The notes beneath the pieces were generated by a model. The model worked only from the letters and a program-made list of their open reading frames with translations, did no database searches and had not been told where the DNA came from. From Clostridiales bacterium (GTDB lineage Bacteria > Bacillota > Clostridia > Christensenellales > UBA1242), in the NCBI GenBank assembly GCA_918262735.1, contig CAKJYJ010000005.1:6541-70540 (forward strand): a DNA stretch of 64,000 bases, read 5' to 3'. The position numbers and the translations under genes were made by a program. This document shows, in pieces, positions 41,107 to 50,763 of this stretch; position 1 is the first letter of the stretch, and every line of letters begins with the position of its first letter.

Positions 41107-41303
41107 AATAATATTGTTCGCAAAAAAAACGCAAAATAACCCAGAATAATTCTGTTTTAATATAATGGCGCCAATAAGTATAAATAGCCCATGTGTATCA
41201 TAGCCAAACAATAGAGTATTATTTATTTAATAACTGCTATTGGGGGTACTATGCAACAAAAACCAACAAAAAAATAACTTTGATATCGTTGTTCTTTCAT
41301 GCA

Positions 41304-41341
41304 TAAAAAAACAGCCACTAACAATCTGGCTGTATTTTTTT
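41304..41341 (-). terminator. Intrinsic terminator after rsfS (structurally bidirectional)
   Basis: A 7-bp stem ACAGCCA/TGGCTGT (41311-41317 / 41327-41333) is flanked by A7 and T7 runs. Confidence 0.55.
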
Positions 41342-41360
41342 ACTAAATTCTAAATAGTAT

Positions 41361-41678
41361 CTATTTCCACAAACGTTCTATATTAAATTTTTCTCTGGCT
41401 TTTGATTGGAATATATGAACAAAAATCTTATCATAATCAACTATAATCCACTCACACTTTTTGTAGCCTTCCATACCAAGATTAACAAGCCCAAATTCCT
41501 CTCTAACATAGTCCAAAAAATCAACAAGCATATTTTGTGCAAAATATCTATCATCAGCTGTACATATTACCATATACTTAAATATTTTGCCATTCCTTGC
41601 TTCCAAAATTTCTGTGTCTTTTGCACCATACTTATTTAAAAAGTCCGCAAAATATCTTGCTAAATTTAATGTGTCCAT
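41361..41678 (-). CDS. rsfS: Ribosome silencing factor RsfS (Iojap family)
   Basis: The sequence reads ...YMVICTADDRYFAQNMLVDFLDYVREE...EGYKKCEWIIVDYDKIFVHIFQSKAREKFNIERLW. I prefer the start MDTLNLARYF at nt 41678; the track start is 41726. Confidence 0.85.
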   Translation of the reverse strand: MDTLNLARYFADFLNKYGAKDTEILEARNGKIFKYMVICTADDRYFAQNMLVDFLDYVREEFGLVNLGMEGYKKCEWIIVDYDKIFVHIFQSKAREKFNIERLWK

Positions 41679-41764
41679 ATTTTTCCTTTGTTTTAGTTTA
41701 CCAATGACACACAAAAAAGTCAACAAATATAAGCATTTTTAACATTTATATAAGCGCATATCGT

Positions 41765-42610
41765 TTGCTCATCACAATTATGGTTAATAATTGTTATATG
41801 AAAATTTCACTATATATTATTGTTGATAACCTGTTTAAGTTCGTACTCATATTTTTATTCAATTTAATCTGGTGCACATATTTTTTTAACAGACCACCAC
41901 AAAATATTATGATTGCAACTGCCAGCACTTTTATTGTTTCTATATTAACAAACAAACTAGGTTTAAGAAAAAAGAAAAAGCAATTGTTAAAACTTAAGGA
42001 GCAACAACGTGTTCATGATATTGTTTCAACTTTTATATATATGACACAAGACGAACTCCTCAACTTTTTTAGAAAATTAGCATCAACAAAACATAACTGC
42101 GAAATAAAAAATGGATACATTTATATTAATAATAACCACAGAACAATCATTCTTTATCCTCTATTCAAACCATCAAATTTTAACAAGGATGATTTTGTTA
42201 ATATTATAAAAAAAATAAAGGACTTAACAATAAATAAATTGGTTGTTGTGTCTAACAATTTTGACGGCGAAATTGAAAGTGAAAAAAACAAATTCAGTTT
42301 TGAAATTGTTTTGTTAAACGCAAAAGATATGTATGTAAATCTATTAAAAAAATATGAATTTTATCCAGAAATAAACCCTAAAATAAAACCAAAGGTTAAA
42401 ACCTCGCTAAAAACAATACTCACCCACTCATTCAATAAAAAAAGAACAAAAAGCTATCTTCTTTCTGCAATCTGTTTGTTTTTTGCAAGTTTTTTTGTTC
42501 TTTATAAAGTGTACTATATTGCCACATCTTGTGTTTTGGTTTTGTTTGCCATTATTAGCTACAATAGCGGCCACAACAATAAGGTTTTTGAATTGAACCC
42601 TTTTGAATAA
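41765..42610 (+). CDS. Polytopic membrane protein with soluble central domain (possible Mrr/restriction-endonuclease-like fold)
   Basis: There are N-terminal TM segments, a K-rich linker, a ~150-aa soluble core (LLNFFRKLASTKHNCEIKNGYIYINNNHRTIILYPLFKP...INKLVVVSNNFDGEIESE...EIVLLNAKDMYVNLLKKY), and two C-terminal TM segments. The fold assignment is only a pattern impression. Confidence 0.45.
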   Translation: MLITIMVNNCYMKISLYIIVDNLFKFVLIFLFNLIWCTYFFNRPPQNIMIATASTFIVSILTNKLGLRKKKKQLLKLKEQQRVHDIVSTFIYMTQDELLNFFRKLASTKHNCEIKNGYIYINNNHRTIILYPLFKPSNFNKDDFVNIIKKIKDLTINKLVVVSNNFDGEIESEKNKFSFEIVLLNAKDMYVNLLKKYEFYPEINPKIKPKVKTSLKTILTHSFNKKRTKSYLLSAICLFFASFFVLYKVYYIATSCVLVLFAIISYNSGHNNKVFELNPFE

Positions 42611-42637
42611 AAATTTCACTATGTGTTATTAATTACA

Positions 42638-42934
42638 TTAAATTAGTTCAATGTGTTTAATTTTCTTTTTGGTTGATTTTCTATATAAAACAACTTTTGA
42701 ACCTATGCATTGAACAATTTCACAATTTGTTTCTTTTTGAATTTGATTTGCAATTTCTTTTGGTGATAAATCACAATTTTTAAGAATGTTAATTTTGAAT
42801 AGTTCTCTTGCTTCAAAAAGCCCATTAATTTGAATCAATGAGTTTTCTGTAATCCCATCTTTGCCAATTTGCATAACTGGGTCAATTACATTTGCAAGGC
42901 TTCTTAGTTGTGCCCTTTGTTTTGTTGTTATCAT
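42638..42934 (-). CDS. yhbY: YhbY/CRS1-type RNA-binding protein
   Basis: The sequence reads MITTKQRAQLRSLANVIDPVMQIGKDGITENSLIQINGLFEARELFKINIL... The ATG overlaps the pnuC stop in an ATGA 4-nt overlap. Confidence 0.85.
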   Translation of the reverse strand: MITTKQRAQLRSLANVIDPVMQIGKDGITENSLIQINGLFEARELFKINILKNCDLSPKEIANQIQKETNCEIVQCIGSKVVLYRKSTKKKIKHIELI

Positions 42935-43605
42935 ATTTGCTCCTTTTGTTGTTTTTCAATTTTTATCCACATTATTATGCCAATTATATTCATAATTAAA
43001 TACATTATCGAAACAATTAACGCCATTGGTGCATTAACTGCATTAACACTTAACCTAACTATCCAAATTATTAAATCAATTACATTATTAACAAGCCAAA
43101 CGTACCACGCCTCTCTAAATCTTATTGCAACCAAAACCACACCGCACAAATTTACAATTTGACTACTGCTATCTAAAAAAGCAAGATTCTGCCCAGGAAT
43201 TAATGATAATAGTAAACCAAGACCAAAGCTAGAAACAACCAACAGGGCTGTTAGGTAAATTCCATGCAAAAGTGTAAGACTTCTCATTAAAACCGCATCT
43301 TCTGATTTATGTCTTATCCAATTTATTATACCAAAAATTTGTATTGGAGTGTAAACAAGTAGTGTAAAAATAACAAATCCGTAAAGACCATTATTATAAC
43401 ATTCAATTGCATATGTTATGCTAAAGAGTATACCAAAAATATAATTGCAAGGTTTTCCAACGGCCATATAATATGCATTTAGAAAACCAAATATTAGTGT
43501 TGACCCACCAAGAATAATATCGTTAAAAATGAATCCAAACACAAGCGACACACAAATAGTTATACTCGGAATAACAATGTAATTAATTATTTGTTTTTTA
43601 GTCAA
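42931..43605 (-). CDS. pnuC: Nicotinamide riboside transporter PnuC family
   Basis: It has about 7 TM segments. The Trp/Asn-rich signature reads REAWYVWLVNNVIDLIIWIVR...IINWIRH...GIIMWIK. It uses a TTG start with a GGGAGAG RBS. Confidence 0.7.
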   Translation of the reverse strand: MTKKQIINYIVIPSITICVSLVFGFIFNDIILGGSTLIFGFLNAYYMAVGKPCNYIFGILFSITYAIECYNNGLYGFVIFTLLVYTPIQIFGIINWIRHKSEDAVLMRSLTLLHGIYLTALLVVSSFGLGLLLSLIPGQNLAFLDSSSQIVNLCGVVLVAIRFREAWYVWLVNNVIDLIIWIVRLSVNAVNAPMALIVSIMYLIMNIIGIIMWIKIEKQQKEQI

Positions 43606-43671
43606 ATTATACTCTCCCTTTATTTGCCATCACTAATTACGAAATAAGAATTGCAAAATAAAACAAATTTC

Positions 43672-44940
43672 CTATTCCTCATATTCAAAACTAATGTCTT
43701 TAATTACAACAGTGTCGCCGTCTTTCATTCCGCTTTCTTTTAATTTATCTATAATCCCAAATTTTTTAAGCGCATTTTGAAAATATGCATTACTTCTTTC
43801 ATCGCTCAAAACAACTCCGCGAATTAAATTATCAATAAGTCCGCCACGAACTTCAAACACACCAGGCTCATTGCTTACAATTTCTATTGATGTTTTATCT
43901 TTAACATCAAAATCATACATTTCAACTTCTTGTGGTGCCTTTTTTGGTGTTTTTGCCAAAACTTCAGTTATTTTATCTAAAAGTTCGTCAACTCCCTTGT
44001 GAATAATTGCTGATAAAATCATTGGCCTGATTTTTGTTTCGTTCTCAAACTCGTTTAGTTTTTTTTCTAATTCGTCTTCGGTTAATAAATCAGTTTTAGT
44101 TGCAACTACTATTTGTGGAACTTTATATAGTTCTTCACTATAGTTTTTTAATTCTTTGTTAATTTGCTCATAATCTTTAACGGCATTTCTACCTTCAAGT
44201 TCCGAAATGTCAACCATATGAACAATAACCCTAACACGCTCAACATGTCTTAAAAAGAAATGGCCTAGACCTGCGCCCTCACTCGCCCCTTCAATTAATC
44301 CAGGAATATCCGCAACGACAAAACTTGTGTTTTTATGAGCCACCATACCAAGATTTGGATATAGTGTTGTGAATGGATAGTTTGCAATTTTTGGATTAGC
44401 ATTACTAATTACTGAAAGAAGGGTGCTTTTACCAACATTTGGAAAGCCCACCAAACCAACATCTGCAATGGTTTTTAATTCTAATGTAACTTTTTTAATC
44501 TGAGTTTTTTCTCCAGTTTGTGAAAAATGTGGAGACTGCCTTGTTGGAGACTTAAAATAATTATTACCCCTTCCACCAAAACCGCCTTTAAGGGCAACAA
44601 ATTTTTGTCCATGTTCAATCATATCTGCAATAATTAACCCGGATTCCGCATCATGAATAACCGTGCCACAAGGGACCTCAATAATAACATCATTGCCATC
44701 ATGTCCTCGTTTTAATTGTTTTTCTCCATTGTTTCCATTGGTTGCAAAAAACTTTTTCTTATATGTGAACCCATAAAGGGTGTTGAGCCCCTCATTTGCA
44801 ACAAAAATAATGTCGCCACCCTTACCACCGTCTCCGCCGTCAGGTCCGCCATTCATAACCAGTTTACTTCTATAAAAAGATGTGCAACCATTGCCACCAT
44901 CTCCTGCCTTTATTGTTATTGTTACCCTGTCTAAAAACAT
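43672..44940 (-). CDS. obg: GTPase Obg/CgtA
   Basis: The sequence has MFLDRVTITIKAGDGGNGCTSF...GGPDGGDGGKGGDIIF, the G-domain motif GFPNVGKSTLLS, and a C-terminal OCT domain. Confidence 0.95.
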   Translation of the reverse strand: MFLDRVTITIKAGDGGNGCTSFYRSKLVMNGGPDGGDGGKGGDIIFVANEGLNTLYGFTYKKKFFATNGNNGEKQLKRGHDGNDVIIEVPCGTVIHDAESGLIIADMIEHGQKFVALKGGFGGRGNNYFKSPTRQSPHFSQTGEKTQIKKVTLELKTIADVGLVGFPNVGKSTLLSVISNANPKIANYPFTTLYPNLGMVAHKNTSFVVADIPGLIEGASEGAGLGHFFLRHVERVRVIVHMVDISELEGRNAVKDYEQINKELKNYSEELYKVPQIVVATKTDLLTEDELEKKLNEFENETKIRPMILSAIIHKGVDELLDKITEVLAKTPKKAPQEVEMYDFDVKDKTSIEIVSNEPGVFEVRGGLIDNLIRGVVLSDERSNAYFQNALKKFGIIDKLKESGMKDGDTVVIKDISFEYEE

Positions 44941-44954
44941 AAAAACTCCTATTT

Positions 44955-45587
44955 TTATTTCGCATTTACAAATTTACTATATTGTTTACATTTATCCTTA
45001 AGTTTACAATTTTCACATTCGGGTTTAATTGCTTTACAATAATATCTGCCAAATAGTACCATACGATAATGTAATTTATCTAAATCTTTTTTGAATCTTT
45101 TTGTTAAATCTCTTTCGCAAATATCCGGATTTTTACTCTTTGTAAACCCTAACCTTCCGCTAACCCTTAAAACGTGAGTATCAACCGCAACTCTATTTTG
45201 CCCAAAAGCAACCGAACAAACAACATTCGCCGTTTTTCTGCCAACACCAGAAAGGGTTGTTAGCATGTTAAAATCATTTGGAACCTCTCCACCATACTTT
45301 TCAACAAGTTCTTTGGCACAGTTAATAATGTTTTTTGCTTTGTTGTGGTAAAAACCACAAGACCTGATTTTCTGTTCTAAATCTTCTTGTTTAATTTTTG
45401 CAAATTCCTGTGGCGTGTTTAATTCTTTAAAAAGTTCTTTTGTTACCATATTAACTCGCTTGTCGGTACACTGCGCCGAAAGAATAACAGCAACCAATAG
45501 TTCAAAATTGCTATTAAACTTAAGTTCACAAAAAGCATCCGGAAAAAGAGATGTTAAATAACTAACAAATTCCTCGTTTGTAACCAT
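44955..45587 (-). CDS. nth: Endonuclease III
   Basis: The HhH-GPD segment is LSGVGRKTANVV...DTHVLRVSGRLG. The C-terminal 4Fe-4S Cys cluster is CKAIKPECENCKLKDKC. Confidence 0.9.
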   Translation of the reverse strand: MVTNEEFVSYLTSLFPDAFCELKFNSNFELLVAVILSAQCTDKRVNMVTKELFKELNTPQEFAKIKQEDLEQKIRSCGFYHNKAKNIINCAKELVEKYGGEVPNDFNMLTTLSGVGRKTANVVCSVAFGQNRVAVDTHVLRVSGRLGFTKSKNPDICERDLTKRFKKDLDKLHYRMVLFGRYYCKAIKPECENCKLKDKCKQYSKFVNAK

Positions 45588-45688
45588 AGTTTAGAGTATA
45601 ACAAGTTGCCATTTATAAGTCAATTAATATGTCGGGATAATGCGTTTTTATTTACAATAAAAAAAATAATAAAAATTGCAAATTTATT

Positions 45689-45716
45689 TTGTAAATATTA
45701 AAAACTAGAATACAAT
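45689..45716 (+). promoter_or_regulatory. Candidate sigma-A promoter of the aminopeptidase gene (TTGTAA-N16-TACAAT)
   Basis: The -35 is at 45689-45694 and the -10 at 45711-45716. A GGAGG RBS precedes the ATG at 45740. Confidence 0.4.
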
Positions 45717-45739
45717 ATTATATGTAAACGGAGGTATAA

Positions 45740-47092
45740 ATGAACAAAAGCGCATACGAAAAATATAATAAAGAAGAATTAGAAAAGGCATATAATTTTT
45801 GCGAAGGATATAAAACTTTTATAACTAACGCAAAAACAGAACGTGAAGCAATTATTGAAACAATAAAAATTGCAGAAGAAAATGGATTTACTAATATAAA
45901 AAATGTAAAAAAATTAAAACCTGGCGACAAGGTTTATGCGATAAATATGGACAAAGCCGTCGTGCTTGCCGTTATTGGAACAAACCCTCTTGAAGATGGG
46001 TTCAACATTGTTGGTTCACATATAGATAGCCCTCGCCTTGACCTTAAACCAACCCCTCTATATGAAGACAGCGAACTCTGCCTTCTAGACACCCACTATT
46101 ATGGTGGAATTAAAAAATATCAATGGACGGCGACCCCTCTTGCCCTTCACGGGATTATTGTTAAAAAAGACGGTACAAAAATTAGAGTAAACTACGGCGA
46201 GAATTCTGGTGATGCTGTGCTTGGAATAACCGACCTACTTCCTCACCTAGATAAAGAAAAAAGAAATGAGGTTGTTACGGGTGAAGAATTAAACCTACTT
46301 GTTGGTCTAACGCCAGATAAAGATGCAAAAAAAGATAAGGTTAAACAAAACATATTAAACATCTTAAAAGAAAAAGGAATTGATGAAGAAGATTTCTTCT
46401 CTGCAGAAATTGAATGTGTGCCAGCTGGATGTGCAAGAGATTTTGGGTTAGACAGGTCAATGGTCATGGCATATGGTCAAGATGATAAAGTTTGTGCATA
46501 CCCATCATTAATGGCACTACTTAGTCAAAATAATCCAAAAAGAACTTGCATTTGCCTATTGGTTGACAAAGAAGAAATTGGCTCCGTTGGGGCAACAGGA
46601 ATGGAGAGTATGTTCTTTGAAAACACGGTTGCCGATTTAATTGCAAAAACTGAAGAATATTCCGAACTAAAAGTAAGACATGGCCTTGCAAACAGTAAAA
46701 TGCTTTCCAGTGATGTTACCGCTGCTTTTGACCCAAACAGACCTTCTCCATTTAACAAAAATACCGATGCTTTCCTAGGAAGAGGTATTGCATTCTGCAA
46801 ATATACTGGCTCAAGAGGCAAAAGTGGAGCAAGTGACGCAAACCCTGAATATATTGCACAACTACGAAATATTTTAGACAAAAACAACATCTACTTCCAA
46901 GCAACCGAAATGGGCAAGGTTGAAGCTGGTGGCGGCGGAACAATCGCCTACATTATGGCAAAATATGACATGGACGTTATTGATGCAGGAGTTCCCGTTC
47001 TTTCAATGCACGCTCCTTGGGAAGTAACCTCAAAAGTTGACATATATGAAACTTTCCTTTGCTATGATGCTTTCTATAGAGAAATGAAATAA
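45740..47092 (+). CDS. M18-family aminopeptidase
   Basis: The 450-aa product has GSHIDSPRLDLKP, HYYGGIKKYQWTATPLALHG, DKEEIGSVGATG and VLSMHAPWE, as in clostridial aminopeptidase 1 and the aspartyl aminopeptidase family. Confidence 0.85.
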   Translation: MNKSAYEKYNKEELEKAYNFCEGYKTFITNAKTEREAIIETIKIAEENGFTNIKNVKKLKPGDKVYAINMDKAVVLAVIGTNPLEDGFNIVGSHIDSPRLDLKPTPLYEDSELCLLDTHYYGGIKKYQWTATPLALHGIIVKKDGTKIRVNYGENSGDAVLGITDLLPHLDKEKRNEVVTGEELNLLVGLTPDKDAKKDKVKQNILNILKEKGIDEEDFFSAEIECVPAGCARDFGLDRSMVMAYGQDDKVCAYPSLMALLSQNNPKRTCICLLVDKEEIGSVGATGMESMFFENTVADLIAKTEEYSELKVRHGLANSKMLSSDVTAAFDPNRPSPFNKNTDAFLGRGIAFCKYTGSRGKSGASDANPEYIAQLRNILDKNNIYFQATEMGKVEAGGGGTIAYIMAKYDMDVIDAGVPVLSMHAPWEVTSKVDIYETFLCYDAFYREMK

Positions 47093-47135
47093 ATAGCATA
47101 GTTATTTTAAATACAAATTTTATGTTGTAAAAATT

Positions 47136-47170
47136 CAAAAACGTATGGACATTTTTCCATACGTTTTTTA
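47136..47170. terminator. Bidirectional intrinsic terminator between the convergent aminopeptidase and priA genes
   Basis: A 9-bp stem ACGTATGGA/TCCATACGT (47141-47149 / 47156-47164) has a 6-nt loop. A5 lies upstream and T6 downstream. Confidence 0.7.
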
Positions 47171-47229
47171 TAAAAAATTAAATTGCTAGTTTATTGTATT
47201 GTAAAACGTGAATTTTTAACTGAATATTC

Positions 47230-49422
47230 TTATGTTAAACTTGATGGGTTAATTTCAACAAAAAAACTGACTTTTGGATTTTGATATTTATCACATGTGT
47301 TATATATTTTATCAATAATACTTTGCGAATCATCCTGTTTAATTCTTATTAAAATTTGGTATCTATATTTCTTTTGTATCCTTGTTATTGGCGATTTCAT
47401 CGCATCTATATACACAAACTTGTCTTCACATTCACCCGCTAATTTTTGTATGCCCTCATAATTCTTTTTAACAAGTTCTTTAACCAGTTCTTCGTTCTCA
47501 CCAGTAAACAAAAGTCTAATAATTTTAGTAAATGGTGGAAATTTTGCCGTTTCTCTCAAATTAATTTCTTTTGAATAAAAACCTTTGTAATTATAATTCG
47601 CTATAAACTTATAACAATAATGTCTTGGAGCGTATGTTTGAAGAATAACCTTGCCTTCACTATCATTTCTTCCACTCCTCCCAGCCATTTGTGTTATTAA
47701 TTCAAATGTTCTCTCAACCGACTTAAAATCCGATTGATATAAACTCTGGTCGGCATCTATTATTCCAACAAGTGTAACATCTTTGAAATCGTGTCCTTTT
47801 GCAATCATTTGCGTTCCAACAAGCACCGCAGGTGTTGTTTTTGCAAATTCTGCTAATATTTTTTGGTGACCATTTTTTATTCTTGTTGTGTCATTATCCA
47901 TCCTAAAAACACTAACTTCCGGATATAGTCTATGTATATCCTCAACTATTTTTTGAGTTCCAACAGCACCCTGCCTTATTCTTGTGCTCTTACAATTTGG
48001 GCACACCGTTAACGCTCTGTATCTCTTCCCGCAATAATGACATTTTAATTTATCTTCATCTTTATGATAAACTAGGCTAACATCACAATCAGAACACTTT
48101 GCAACATAGCCACAATCTATGCATCTCATAAATGACGAAAAACCACGCCTATTTATAAAAAGCATAGCCTGTTTTTTATTCTTAAAACAGTTATCCAATT
48201 CATATAAGAGGGTTCTTGAAAAAATCCCGGTGTTACCCATTCTTATTTCGCCGAGCATATCAACAATTTGAATTTTTGGCATTTCTTTACCATTTATTCT
48301 AACCGGCATTTCAATTAGATTGTATTGCCCAGTCTCCGCCTTATTGAAACTTTCCAAACTTGGTGTTGCACTTCCAAGAACAAGAGGGCATCCATTATAT
48401 TCTTTTCTAAATTCAGCAATATCCTTTGTTATGTATCTTGGGTTAGACTCACTATTGTAACTTTGCTCGTGTTCCTCATCAATAATTATAACACCAAGAT
48501 TAACAAGTGGAGCAAATATCGCAGACCTTGCACCAACAACAATTTTTGCTTCGCCAAATCTTATTCTCTTCCATTCATCAAATCGTTCACCAACAGAAAG
48601 CCCGCTATGAAGAATTGCAACCTCATCTCCAAACCTAGCTTTAAAGTTACTTAAAACCTGTGGAGTTAATGATATTTCTGGAACAAGCATAATGGCGGTT
48701 TTACCTTTGGTAATAACCTGCTCAATTACGCTCATATATACTTCTGTTTTACCAGAGCCCGTAACACCAAAAAGCAAACTTGTTTTATGTGTATTGTTTA
48801 GTATGTTCTCAATTGCTCTATTTTGAATATCTGTGTGAACAACCTTTTTGTCACTAACAACATTATAGTTCGGTGTTCTTAGGTATTTTTCATCTGACTC
48901 AATTAAATATCCATTTTCAATAAACTTATTAACCGCCACACTTGAATATTTTTCATTTAATTCAGATTTATAATATTTAACATCATTTTGTAAAAAATTA
49001 AGCAATTCTATCTGTTTTTTTGCATTTTTTCTTAATATTTCTTCAATTTTTTGCTTATTACCAACAAATTTAAGTATTTTTTTACTTAAACTTTTAACTC
49101 TACCGGATCTCATTTCCGATGGAATAAAAAGCCTTAAAACATCAATATACCGAAGGTGATATAGTTTAACCATATGATGCATGAGTTCAATCATTTCTTT
49201 AGTGATGCAAGGAAAATCATCAACCGCCCCTATTATTGATTTGATTTTAGATTTTTCTAGGTTCGATTCATTTTTTGTGCGTATGATAAAACCCTCCACC
49301 CTCATATTACCAAAAGGAACATAAACCCTGTATCCTTCCGTAACATCAAAGCCAGAAATATCATAATCAAATATTTTATCAACACTACCAGACGAAATGT
49401 CTACAATAACCTCGGCAAACAT
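47230..49422 (-). CDS. priA: Primosomal replication-restart helicase PriA
   Basis: Matching features are the Walker [14 protein letters not shown], the DEEH box (IIIDEEHEQSY), and the Cys-rich zinc insert CIDCGYVAKCSDCDVSLVYH...CHYCG...CPNC. Confidence 0.9.
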   Translation of the reverse strand: MFAEVIVDISSGSVDKIFDYDISGFDVTEGYRVYVPFGNMRVEGFIIRTKNESNLEKSKIKSIIGAVDDFPCITKEMIELMHHMVKLYHLRYIDVLRLFIPSEMRSGRVKSLSKKILKFVGNKQKIEEILRKNAKKQIELLNFLQNDVKYYKSELNEKYSSVAVNKFIENGYLIESDEKYLRTPNYNVVSDKKVVHTDIQNRAIENILNNTHKTSLLFGVTGSGKTEVYMSVIEQVITKGKTAIMLVPEISLTPQVLSNFKARFGDEVAILHSGLSVGERFDEWKRIRFGEAKIVVGARSAIFAPLVNLGVIIIDEEHEQSYNSESNPRYITKDIAEFRKEYNGCPLVLGSATPSLESFNKAETGQYNLIEMPVRINGKEMPKIQIVDMLGEIRMGNTGIFSRTLLYELDNCFKNKKQAMLFINRRGFSSFMRCIDCGYVAKCSDCDVSLVYHKDEDKLKCHYCGKRYRALTVCPNCKSTRIRQGAVGTQKIVEDIHRLYPEVSVFRMDNDTTRIKNGHQKILAEFAKTTPAVLVGTQMIAKGHDFKDVTLVGIIDADQSLYQSDFKSVERTFELITQMAGRSGRNDSEGKVILQTYAPRHYCYKFIANYNYKGFYSKEINLRETAKFPPFTKIIRLLFTGENEELVKELVKKNYEGIQKLAGECEDKFVYIDAMKSPITRIQKKYRYQILIRIKQDDSQSIIDKIYNTCDKYQNPKVSFFVEINPSSLT

Positions 49423-49448
49423 GCCATCTCCTTTGCTTTTGAATGTCG

Positions 49449-50333
49449 TTAAATGATTACCCTATCCTCATTAACATATTTCAGTTTCGTTTTTACTTTT
49501 AATGGTTTTTTATTAAATAATGCCAACACCTGTGGCATAGCATCAATTGTTGCTTTATACCCTTCTTCAATCATATCTAAAAAGCCTTCTTTTTTTGTGC
49601 TTTTGAACCTCTTTGTTTCTGGCTTTATCATTGCGTCTGCGTATAGATATCCTTTAACAACATTACCTTTCATAAGTATTCTTATTGAACAGCTAATAAC
49701 ATCAATTAATTTTAGGCTCTCTGTTCCATAGCCTCTTGATTTGTTAACATCAACAGCAACAACATAATCACAACCCATGAGTTTTGGAACATCTGCCGGA
49801 ATTGTGTTTTGAAGCCCACCATCGCAAAGGTGCCTATCCCCAAAAACAACTGGCTGAAATATTCCCGGAACACCACAACTGCCAGCACAAGCTTTTGCTA
49901 AGTTACCCTTTGTTATTACGCATTCATCGGTTGACACAATATCAACAGCCACGGCTGAAAACGGTGTTGGTAAATCCTCAATATTAATGTCCCCAAGGTT
50001 ACTTTTTAACACATTTTCAAGCCCCTCGCTTTTTGATGGAACAAAAACCAGTTTTGATGTTCTGATATCTTTAACATTCATGCTTTTTGCAACTTCGTAC
50101 ATTTGGTTATATGAATAACCCGCTGCCAAAAACGCACCAACAATACTTCCGGCACTCGTTCCACAAATATAATCAAATTTTATTCCATATTCTTCAAATG
50201 CTTTAACAGCACCAAGGTGTGCAAAACCCCTTGCTCCGCCACCACCAAGTGCAAGCCCAACTTTTACTTTTTTATTTTTGCCATTAAACAACATTTTTGA
50301 ATTTCTTAATATTTTTTTTGCTCTACCAAACAT
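49449..50333 (-). CDS. Patatin-like phospholipase
   Basis: The sequence GLALGGGGARGFAHLGAVKAFEE...ICGTSAGSIVGA carries the oxyanion GGGxRG and the GxSxG nucleophile. The DGG motif appears in CDGGLQN. Confidence 0.85.
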   Translation of the reverse strand: MFGRAKKILRNSKMLFNGKNKKVKVGLALGGGGARGFAHLGAVKAFEEYGIKFDYICGTSAGSIVGAFLAAGYSYNQMYEVAKSMNVKDIRTSKLVFVPSKSEGLENVLKSNLGDINIEDLPTPFSAVAVDIVSTDECVITKGNLAKACAGSCGVPGIFQPVVFGDRHLCDGGLQNTIPADVPKLMGCDYVVAVDVNKSRGYGTESLKLIDVISCSIRILMKGNVVKGYLYADAMIKPETKRFKSTKKEGFLDMIEEGYKATIDAMPQVLALFNKKPLKVKTKLKYVNEDRVII

Positions 50334-50374
50334 TGCTACCTCTTGTGTTATATATGCTGATACTATTTGATATT

Positions 50375-50403
50375 AGTATAGCAAAAAAAAGACATTTAAT
50401 CAA
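50375..50403 (-). promoter_or_regulatory. Candidate sigma-A promoter of the patatin-like gene (TTGATT-N17-TATACT)
   Basis: On the minus strand, the -35 is at 50403..50398 and the -10 at 50380..50375. An AAGAGG RBS precedes the ATG at 50333. Confidence 0.45.
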
Positions 50404-50504
50404 AAGAATAATCAATTTAGTTATTTGTTAATATAAATTGATATGTGTTCACCACAATTAATGTAACAAAAAAAAACAAGCACTATATGCCTGTTTTTTT
50501 ACAA

Positions 50505-50735
50505 TTATTTTACTATTTTTACATTGTATCTAATTTTCTCTTTTGCTGAAACAGATTTAACAATTGCACGTATGCTTTGAGCAATTCTTCCATTCTTGCC
50601 TATAACTTTACCAACATCATCTGGAGCAACTGTTACAACAATGTTAATTTCATCGTTTTCTCTGATAGATTCAATTTTAACCTCGTCCTCATTATCAACA
50701 AGATTTTTAACAATGTATTTTACAAGTTCTTCCAT
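50505..50735 (-). CDS. ylqC: KH-domain RNA-binding protein (YlqC family)
   Basis: The 76-aa product contains ...VAPDDVGKVIGKNGRIAQSIRAIV..., with the GxxG KH motif. It sits in the conserved position directly after rpsP. Confidence 0.85.
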   Translation of the reverse strand: MEELVKYIVKNLVDNEDEVKIESIRENDEINIVVTVAPDDVGKVIGKNGRIAQSIRAIVKSVSAKEKIRYNVKIVK

Positions 50736-50763
50736 CTTTCACCTCAATAATTACACTATATTA

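Noticed and set aside
50471-50500. A hairpin downstream of the KH-protein gene as a firm terminator.
   Set aside because: The stem is only 6 bp and needs a G.U pair (ACAGGC/GCUUGU), although a U-run follows. I mention it in a finding but consider it too weak to list as a feature.
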